From Candidatus Poseidoniaceae archaeon (GTDB lineage: Archaea; Thermoplasmatota; Poseidoniia; Poseidoniales; Poseidoniaceae), in the NCBI GenBank assembly GCA_938030705.1, contig CALHIR010000003.1, positions 36,706 through 100,705 on the forward strand: a stretch of 64,000 nt of DNA, read 5' to 3'. The translations under genes were made by a program, and so were the position numbers. Positions 58,801-64,000 of the stretch are shown here, in pieces. Under the pieces are notes generated by a model, which was not told the origin of the DNA, did not search any database, and saw only the letters and a program-made list of their open reading frames with translations. Within the stretch, counting starts at the first letter, position 1. Every line of letters begins with the position of its first letter.

Positions 58801-59518
58801 CGCCCCAATCGCCTACTTCGATGCTGCGGTAGGTGTTCTGTTGAGCAGAACCCAAGGCGGTGACGAAGCCGTTGGTGGCGGAGGTGATGGGGCTCTTGTA
58901 GGTGACAACACGCTGGGACGTGATGTCGCTCAAAAGGTCGAGAACGTAAATGTCGTCGTTCCCGTCTTGGTCGGCGTCGCCCACGGTCATGTCCCACACC
59001 CAGAAGTGAGTAAATCGTTCGCCAATGGACCAGTCCCGGTTGCTGCAGCCACCGTTTTCAAGGATGGTGACGTTGCCAGGCTCACCGGCTGGTGCACCGG
59101 CATCGTTGGTCTTGAACGGGTTGTTCTTTTGATAAATGACGATATCGATAGCGTTGTCGCCGGTGAATTCACCCACTTCCACCTGCTCAACGTTGGCGAA
59201 CTCGTCCCAGTCCGCATTACGGCTTTGGTTGCCGGCGACCCAGATGTCCTGTCGCTCGTTGAAGTTGCCAAAGCCGTCGTTGTAGAGAATGGTCATCGAG
59301 TGTGTGCCGTCCGTTGCCACGGCCATGTCGTTGTTGCCGTCACAGTCGAAATCACCGATGGCGACGTCCATGGGGTCGCGGTTGGTGGTGTAGCTGCGGG
59401 CAACCGATGCGCTGGCGGTGGTGGCGAGAGCCGCCGTGGTGCTGAGCACCATTAGCAGCGTGAGGAAGATACTGCGCATTCGGGCTTTAGAGAGGTCGTT
59501 TTGGGTTGGCATGGACAT
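52823..59518 (-). CDS. Giant (~2230 aa) membrane-anchored surface protein with FG-GAP repeats
   Basis: Start reassigned to ATG 59518/59512; signal peptide; GDFDCDGNNDM, GDADQDGNDDI, ADLNGDGEPDF FG-GAP motifs; two jelly-roll-like modules (LRFRFRTG..GFAVDN; HFEFQSD..GIGFNN); PKD-like FDASNSSD..YEW; TM then A/Q/Y-rich tail. Confidence 0.88.
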   Translation of the reverse strand: MSMPTQNDLSKARMRSIFLTLLMVLSTTAALATTASASVARSYTTNRDPMDVAIGDFDCDGNNDMAVATDGTHSMTILYNDGFGNFNERQDIWVAGNQSRNADWDEFANVEQVEVGEFTGDNAIDIVIYQKNNPFKTNDAGAPAGEPGNVTILENGGCSNRDWSIGERFTHFWVWDMTVGDADQDGNDDIYVLDLLSDITSQRVVTYKSPITSATNGFVTALGSAQQNTYRSIEVGDWGEPNPSLGCQAAPSTTDDDIFLLRSEGLDYSTGQVTNPGADDNITIIEYDCISQNYPASYSYGTSQANTHNVNMGVGTTEDFSIADISGGGYIDTIAVMDSNLENVSFKQASAQGTFGNSQLAYFGPYISWAIQVADLNGDGEPDFVNPTIAYQQNTSDSAGGSTSSFFLNFPTTVQVTLSDGNGGHVSPLSYPASRRPSAVAVGQLQGGTGSALDLVVGHTNYAFGGWRDNFGWAGQYDTLTVVEMDNKDLAVTDLEISPTDRFFGVVGEGTRTINVTVSNTGMDTLNGQSADLDVELKIVDEANSTNNTVYSNDWDTPEVKTGCGTGCTWSYEEYVDGATKWHLENNHSTGATGGGNNDANVSANYINPTDFMWAGEMKTNGSGDTWSGYGKNWDDAMVLNDVDLTGADRAFMSVELFRHLGLGALGSSDGTGFIVGDVWDDLAIVEVYSEATGWNLIGCPQEAAIAGACPSGATIWGGFDNDRAFKQNSWGAAPENIVYYGLAASGTYYGWDNFTEEDLGSFDLSPWAGENIDLRFRFRTGFQGSTADDNESRWSGRDGFAVDNLTIWKQNTAFLPNPQTQSTTIGPLSNLQPGQEYTTSIQADLLNDTTYRISATISNNAWDEQDINDDAVGYVTPFNLYDPTVESIEYFNPGGLYAEGTFDISVMTNNFGNTPVDFGIEATVYSATPSDVYCGTPSAVCEESFEGGTQGYRYEENQQPKGAIYNENSCSTKIFNNNAYWFGHPCDTGTSGYDDAWANETLTIPNIDLTSMSGDFVSLNFEYYADTFYTIDQSGNVDPSDYATMSVDYDKDGANYSGLVFAQWNDYNEDGTCQNDDDGNGIINATESIDQTELSFIGDPANTDGSGNYNVFFNSEELVKTTSIDLTHLYIQNRSSPDSSQWRAECMSLQGSMVDVHFEFQSDDDGRNGINDGFKGIGFNNISLSEYTFVQDAVYTDSRTNVDAEESAMTTIASHEFFAGVYRLDVKTVFDNTTMGKPWYNDNELSEANNIERVIFNVESVDISIGKPNILACHDDQTLECVLPIDSALTHSWDIQATNGVLTGDYIFYMEVTDMADGSQAHIVDSGPAVTLQSQQKTSVSFTPWNGWMDGKTYNISFYGQLADGTETGNERYFHASFADHVDIAILSDTSSRTTAIKQDLALLDMTYTQYEINDWSTYFDAGWFTHYDKIVLPWQEVLVAKDTQFGGDGYYQYLGEPARRTVLENFMSAGGTVQAHLGPLGSQIYGLDQGLSGRLPFGLDVQSRDTAETQVTYNTMDLADPYHPVMDNIDVNAFQGFDANSGVAQAVLNTKSVSTNNVPETCDGYMEDGGYFQRLIRSSEDIQDTVLGVCSYFSGGLIVSTIDVATHSERADSTTFPLLGNLLQYQVNPYPDGFGTLGNGLDLTINGETPSIDPSTGKYALRYMKSDATLNFGYTTSTTETLQADWIIDGPTNWDGSTLATGVTGHSTEDAPSMMFCKADLASQTGCAQGEQWHITLMLHDANGHARTIDVTVETNDVYADEFRPEADAVIDIRTNYEDNVEFIGTKTVSNVEWDVHRIILQGEGDDAELVIHFDASNSSDQDALDGNGIETYEWKVLFDAPYGDDSFDLDGHTFTQTAASGGEWSYKFKNVTVDSTGTTENQIRIELVVYDSAGKFSEKHRMYFVIVPEGFGDEEPAIQWDNVQLNASKYQEDTLTISGSVLSGAETSEVYVEAAFFQENFSASSVMKYNLSLQNLWNKSAALGDGDRFDITLDMSGLYTAESRTQRVYIKYYEGDYPNERWVTIKWIELNLPACQGLEADPQAIEAGGEFILDANGDCQWSGDWSYDPTTGEWSDNTQTDNSGDDVSSGLDSTMIMILGAVLLLIVVGTLMFMRRGGEKDDAFGGMEGAFGADALDPTEQYVQQLIAQGYPEETARAFAAQYVGGAAAQPAAAAAAQPAAAAQPAAAAFDQAIYEQYYQQFVGQGYDAATAAAYAQQYAIQYAQSQQ

Positions 59519-59651
59519 CACTTGTTCCCGCGAGGCCCTGTTCGGATATAATGCCTTTGCACTTAAGTTCCCTGCCAATATAGCCGCAAGCCCCCGTTTA
59601 TGTTCAAATTTGAGAGGTTTTTCTCCCTCCCAAATTGATGATTTTTCTGCC

Positions 59652-60329
59652 TCAAAATCGTCCTGCGAGCCACTTTGGAGAAGGGCCCCAACCCGTGGCG
59701 TCTCCGCCGTGAATTTTAACCAACTTTCCTGCTGAAAAGAGGGACTCCAACCAGACATCAAGCGCCGTTCCTTCTCGGCCACCCAGTTTACTGCTGGCGA
59801 TTTCCTCAATGTCCTCGGTTCGCAAACCCGTTATGCCATGATCTCGAACCACCAATTGAAGCAATTCCCGAAGCCACGCTTCGGCCATGGGGTCGACGCT
59901 GGTTGCGCCTTGAACCGGGTGCGGAGGGTCCATGTCGTCCAGGATTTCCATCAATTCAATGACGTCGGGTCGTTCGGCAGGGGCCAAACCGGCTTGGTTC
60001 AATTTTTCCTGCAGGTTCAACTCGCCAATGGGGCGTCGAACGATAGGAATACGGCTGGGGTCCGGCTCGGGGCCCATATCGGCAGGAGGTTGGGATTCAG
60101 GTTCATCCTCCATTTCAATGCTAATGCCTGCTTTCTGACGCTCAACGCTGACGGTTGACAGGTTGGTGGCCTTGACCTCTGCACCCGTTGGCATGGTCCA
60201 CCCCACACCGACGAGACCCAGTTCCTCAACGTACTGCTGAACCCAACCCGCCTCGCCTTCAATGACGATATTGACATCGTGGTCATCCGACCGGAAACGG
60301 TATCGGACATTGCCGCGGAGTTGACGCAT
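59652..60329 (-). CDS. Hypothetical protein (possible C-terminal winged helix)
   Basis: Acidic Pro-rich linker; C-terminal WLESLFSAGKLVKIH..GWGP. Confidence 0.65.
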   Translation of the reverse strand: MRQLRGNVRYRFRSDDHDVNIVIEGEAGWVQQYVEELGLVGVGWTMPTGAEVKATNLSTVSVERQKAGISIEMEDEPESQPPADMGPEPDPSRIPIVRRPIGELNLQEKLNQAGLAPAERPDVIELMEILDDMDPPHPVQGATSVDPMAEAWLRELLQLVVRDHGITGLRTEDIEEIASSKLGGREGTALDVWLESLFSAGKLVKIHGGDATGWGPSPKWLAGRF

Positions 60330-60370
60330 CAAGTTGACCTGCGGGTCGTCTGATTTTCAATCTGCTGGAT

Positions 60371-63040
60371 TCATGCGGGAGATTGTGCCATCTCTCGCAA
60401 GACCGTGTGGAGGATGCCTCCGTTTCGGTAATATTCCACCTCTACAGGGGTATCAAGGCGAACTTGGGCCTCAAACGAAGATGTCTTTCCGTCGGCGTGC
60501 TCAACCTCAACCGTGATCCATTGAAGCGGTTGAACATCATCGCTCAGTGGAATGGAGAAGCTTTCCTGTCCCGTGAGGCCGAGGGATTCGTGGGATTCAC
60601 CTTCCTTGAACGTGAGCGGGAGCACGCCCATACCGACAAGGTTTGAGCGGTGAATTCGTTCAAAGGACGTGGCAATGACGGCTTTCACACCCAGGAGGTA
60701 GGTCCCCTTCGCAGCCCAATCTCGAGAAGAGCCCGTGCCGTATTGGCTGCCAGCGAGAACGACTTTCGGAGCGTTAATTTGGGCGGCGTCGTAGACCGAC
60801 ATGACTTCCCCCGTTTCGTGGTTGAGCGCATAACCGCCCTCGGTCCCAGGTGCCATTTGGTTACGAATACGAACGTTGGCAAAGGTGCCTCGCATCATGA
60901 TTTCGTGGTTGCCACGGCGGCTACCGAAGGAGTTGAAATCCGCTCGCTTTACGTTCCGCTCAACCAGCCACTGTCCGGCCGGACCATCGGCTGGGAAGGA
61001 GCCAGCAGGCGAGATATGGTCGGTGGTAATGGAATCGCCCAACTTGAGCAACACCTTTGCGCCCTCGATTGGAGAAATCGGTTCAGGCGTGGCCGAAAGG
61101 CCGGTAAAGAAAGTTGGCAATCGGATGTAGGTCGATGCCTCCGCCCAAGGATACAGCGGCGAGGGTTCGGCTGGGATGCTGTTCCACCGAGGTTCGTTCA
61201 TGGCATCGGCGTAGCGCTGCCGGAACATCTCTGGCGTGATGACCTTCATCGCTTCGTTGACCTCTTCTTCGCTCGGCCAAATTTCAGACAGCATGACCGG
61301 TTTTCCGTCCAAATCATGACCGATGGGTTCGGTGGTCAAATCCACATCGAGGTTTCCAGCGAGGGCGTAAGCCACCACCAACGGTGGACTGGCCAAATAC
61401 GAGGCCTTGACCTTGCCGTGAACCCGGCCTTCGAAATTGCGGTTTCCGGAAAGAACGGACCCCACGATGAGGCCTGCATCGTCAATGGCGGCTTCAATGG
61501 GTGCGTCAAGCGGCCCGGAATTTCCGATACAGGTGGTGCACCCGTAGCCGACCGTGTGGAAGCCCATGGCGTTCAAGTCGTCTTGCAAACCGGTCGCTTC
61601 GTAGTACTCGGTGACCACGCGACTGCCCGGTGCAAGGGAGGTTCGCACCCAAGGCTTGACCGTCAGGCCTCGCTGACGCGCTTTTCGAGCCACCAAACCG
61701 GCCGCCATCATGACGCCCGGGTTGGACGTGTTGGTGCACGAGGTGATGGCCGCGATGACGACATCGCCGTGGTTCAGGTCAAATATCTCGCCGTTCATCT
61801 CGACGATGGCGCTCTTTGACAAGTCCTCCTTGGCCAATCCGTGGCCGTGGTGGCCCACTTCATGGGTCAAACTTTCGACGAAGTGCGACTTCATGCTGTC
61901 AAGGTCCACGCGATCTTGAGGTCGCTTTGGTCCAGCCAGAGCAGGGACAACTTCGTCAAGATTGAGTTCAAGAACGGCGGTGTAGGATTTTTCGGAGGCG
62001 TCATCGCCGCACCAAAGGCCTTGAGCCTTCGCGTAGGCTTCAACGCCGGCAACCGCAGCATCTTCTCGGCCAGTGAGGCGAAGATAATCCAGCGTGCGCT
62101 CATCCACGGGGAAGAAGCCGCAGGTCGCCCCGTATTCGGGAGCCATGTTGGCAATCGTCGCCCGATCAGCCAGGGAAAGCGCCTTCATACCGGGCCCAAA
62201 GAATTCCACAAACTTGCCAACAACACCGTGTTCCCGCAGCATTTCCACGATACGCAGGGTCATGTCGGTAGCGGTGACGCCGGGCTGAAGACGGCCCGTC
62301 AGGCGGACGCCAACAACGTCGGGTGCGAGCATGTAAATCGGTTGACCGAGCATGACGGCTTCCGCTTCGATACCGCCAACGCCCCATCCGAGCACCCCGA
62401 GTCCGTTGACCATCGTGGTGTGTGAATCGGTGCCAACCAGTGTATCGGCCAACCACACGCCATCCTCTTGGCGGGCGACGCTGGCCAAGAATTCGAGGTT
62501 GACTTGGTGAACAATACCGCGAGACGGTGGGACGGCTTGGAAATTAGCCAGCGATTGCTGACCCCATTTGAGGAAGGTATAACGCTCCATGTTTCGATGG
62601 TACTCGATGTCGAGATTCATGTCGAGCGCATCGCTGCGGGCGCCGGAAATGTCGACCTGAACCGAGTGGTCGATGACGAGGTCGACGGGAACTTGCGGGT
62701 TCACCTTTTCCGGATCACCGCCCATTTCCACCATGGCGTCCCTCAAAGCGGCCAAATCAACAACGGCGGGAACACCGGTGAAGTCTTGCAGAATCACGCG
62801 GGAGGGGCGGAACGGAATCTCGCCACGCTCGCCATCGGGAGTCCATGCAGCGATGGTGCGGATGTCCTTCTCGGTGATAAGAAAACCATCATGACCGCGC
62901 AAGGCACCTTCGAGAAGAATACGGATGGAGTAGGGGAGGTGAGCCGTTGGTATACCGTTGGCATCCAAGGCGTCAAGCGAGAAGTAATCGCCGCCAACGG
63001 AAAGAGTCTGCCGTGCGTTAAAGGGGTCCAAGGTCGCCAT
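60371..63040 (-). CDS. acnA: Aconitate hydratase A
   Basis: QDFTGVP, DHS, GTDSHT, ITSCTNTSNP, GYGCTTCIGNSG, TTDHISPAG, GSSRDWAAK. Confidence 0.98.
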   Translation of the reverse strand: MATLDPFNARQTLSVGGDYFSLDALDANGIPTAHLPYSIRILLEGALRGHDGFLITEKDIRTIAAWTPDGERGEIPFRPSRVILQDFTGVPAVVDLAALRDAMVEMGGDPEKVNPQVPVDLVIDHSVQVDISGARSDALDMNLDIEYHRNMERYTFLKWGQQSLANFQAVPPSRGIVHQVNLEFLASVARQEDGVWLADTLVGTDSHTTMVNGLGVLGWGVGGIEAEAVMLGQPIYMLAPDVVGVRLTGRLQPGVTATDMTLRIVEMLREHGVVGKFVEFFGPGMKALSLADRATIANMAPEYGATCGFFPVDERTLDYLRLTGREDAAVAGVEAYAKAQGLWCGDDASEKSYTAVLELNLDEVVPALAGPKRPQDRVDLDSMKSHFVESLTHEVGHHGHGLAKEDLSKSAIVEMNGEIFDLNHGDVVIAAITSCTNTSNPGVMMAAGLVARKARQRGLTVKPWVRTSLAPGSRVVTEYYEATGLQDDLNAMGFHTVGYGCTTCIGNSGPLDAPIEAAIDDAGLIVGSVLSGNRNFEGRVHGKVKASYLASPPLVVAYALAGNLDVDLTTEPIGHDLDGKPVMLSEIWPSEEEVNEAMKVITPEMFRQRYADAMNEPRWNSIPAEPSPLYPWAEASTYIRLPTFFTGLSATPEPISPIEGAKVLLKLGDSITTDHISPAGSFPADGPAGQWLVERNVKRADFNSFGSRRGNHEIMMRGTFANVRIRNQMAPGTEGGYALNHETGEVMSVYDAAQINAPKVVLAGSQYGTGSSRDWAAKGTYLLGVKAVIATSFERIHRSNLVGMGVLPLTFKEGESHESLGLTGQESFSIPLSDDVQPLQWITVEVEHADGKTSSFEAQVRLDTPVEVEYYRNGGILHTVLREMAQSPA

Positions 63041-63139
63041 GATTCTGCCGAAAGCGCAACCGTCTATGAAGAAAACCCTTCACTCATCACGCTGGTTTGT
63101 CCGACCTCCACCGAAGGGGTGGACTCGCTGAGATTGAGC

Positions 63140-64000
63140 TCACCAGAATTGGTACCATGGCGTGGTCTCTGAACCAACGAAGGTGGCCGACACCAATTCG
63201 ACATCTTGGGTCGGTCGGTCGTTGCTACCCGTGGCAACCTCGGCGATATTTGAGACATGGTCGCAACCGCTGGTGATTTCGCCGAACACGGTGTGCTGGC
63301 CGTCCAACCAATTGGGCGCACTTTCTTTTGGAATCAAGAAGAACTGGCTACCACCGGTGTTGGCCTTGCTGGTTTTGGCCATTGAAATGGTACATTCCTC
63401 ATGTTTGAGGCCGTTGTCCGCCTCATCGGGAATGGTGTAGGCTGTTGGGCCCTGCGTACATTCGGCTTCAGTCATGGCATCACCGTCGCAGTAGCCAAAC
63501 CACTTGGCGGCGTGACCGCCAGTGCCGTCACGGTTGGTGAAATCGCCGCCCTGAATCATGAAAGGATCAAACTGGGCGGTCTGTTCGTTATCTCCGATGA
63601 CTCGATGGAAGATGGTCCCGTCGTAGTCGCCGTTCTGAACGAGGAGTTTGAAATTCTCCACGTGGACCGGGGCTTCATCTGGATAGAGTTCAATGGTGAC
63701 CGTTCCGCTGTTGGCACCGTCGTTCCACGTCAACTCAAACTCAACGATATCGGTGGTGGTCCCGGACTGGTTCGCGACGTTGATCATCGCCAACACCAAG
63801 ATGCCAGCAAGGAGAATCGCCACCATGCCGGCAGGGGTCGGTGTGCCGTCGTTGAGCAGGCGGGGGAAGGAGGTCTCGCTGATGCCCTTGTTCTGCATCT
63901 CGTTGAGCAGGTCGTTGTAGAGGCGGTCGGCTTTCTTGTCCCGTGGATTCTTTTTGGTGGATTCTCGCAAGAGCGAAGCCGCTTTCCGATACTGTGCGCG
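63140..64000 (-). CDS. Membrane-anchored cyclophilin-type peptidyl-prolyl isomerase (5' end may lie beyond the window)
   Basis: FHRVI, FMIQGGD, SMA..NTGGSQFF, WLDGQHTVFG; N-terminal TM; frame open to the window edge. Confidence 0.92.
   Translation of the reverse strand, partial: RAQYRKAASLLRESTKKNPRDKKADRLYNDLLNEMQNKGISETSFPRLLNDGTPTPAGMVAILLAGILVLAMINVANQSGTTTDIVEFELTWNDGANSGTVTIELYPDEAPVHVENFKLLVQNGDYDGTIFHRVIGDNEQTAQFDPFMIQGGDFTNRDGTGGHAAKWFGYCDGDAMTEAECTQGPTAYTIPDEADNGLKHEECTISMAKTSKANTGGSQFFLIPKESAPNWLDGQHTVFGEITSGCDHVSNIAEVATGSNDRPTQDVELVSATFVGSETTPWYQFW

Noticed and set aside
18077-59809. Long N-terminal extensions in the ORF track (starts at 19486, 25861, 46624, 59809)
   Set aside because: Extensions overlap neighbouring genes; family motifs or signal peptides begin at downstream ATGs.
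63107-63123. Hairpin upstream of acnA as an iron-responsive element
   Set aside because: TCCACC-GAAGG-GGTGGA lacks the CAGUGN loop; more likely a 3' structure of the cyclophilin transcript.
7433-63172. Many long antisense ORFs (e.g. 7433-8368, 10112-11086, 14534-15601, 41591-42793, 55046-56101, 60650-61819)
   Set aside because: They overlap well-supported genes on the opposite strand, as expected from codon bias, and have no recognisable motifs.
1-64000. Mobile elements, prophage, defence systems, inteins, frameshifted pseudogenes
   Set aside because: No transposase, integrase, capsid or nuclease motifs recognised; conserved genes have expected lengths and intact frames.

Overview
Gene-dense, moderately GC-rich archaeal chromosomal segment, most consistent with Marine Group II Euryarchaeota (Ca. 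Poseidoniales). This is inferred from the mix of archaeal core genes (group II chaperonin, CDC48/VAT, PyrI, Ncs6/TtuA, Gar1-like, DUF6015-like, PRC-barrel) with bacterial-type enzymes (DnaK, ThrS, CobB, AcnA, flavobacterial-like HMG-CoA synthase, actinobacterial-like Sdh1), peptidases and large acidic surface proteins. About 44 CDS; no tRNA, rRNA, CRISPR array, transposase or intein was recognised. Most notable: (1) a Gar1-like domain fused to RGG repeats and two RanBP2-type zinc fingers, a FUS/TAF15-like RNA-binding architecture (50457-51542); (2) a roadblock protein paired with a DUF2226-like/roadblock/coiled-coil protein behind an AT-rich repeat-bearing intergenic region (28637-32745); (3) an agmatinase, SpeD-like decarboxylase and DHS-like cluster that may make homospermidine; (4) a CDC48, PRC-barrel, DUF4350, DUF58 run lacking MoxR; (5) a mycobacterial Sdh1-like succinate dehydrogenase; (6) an hsp20-dnaK-divergent thermosome operon with a candidate repressor operator. 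All family assignments come from reading motifs by eye; no searches were run.
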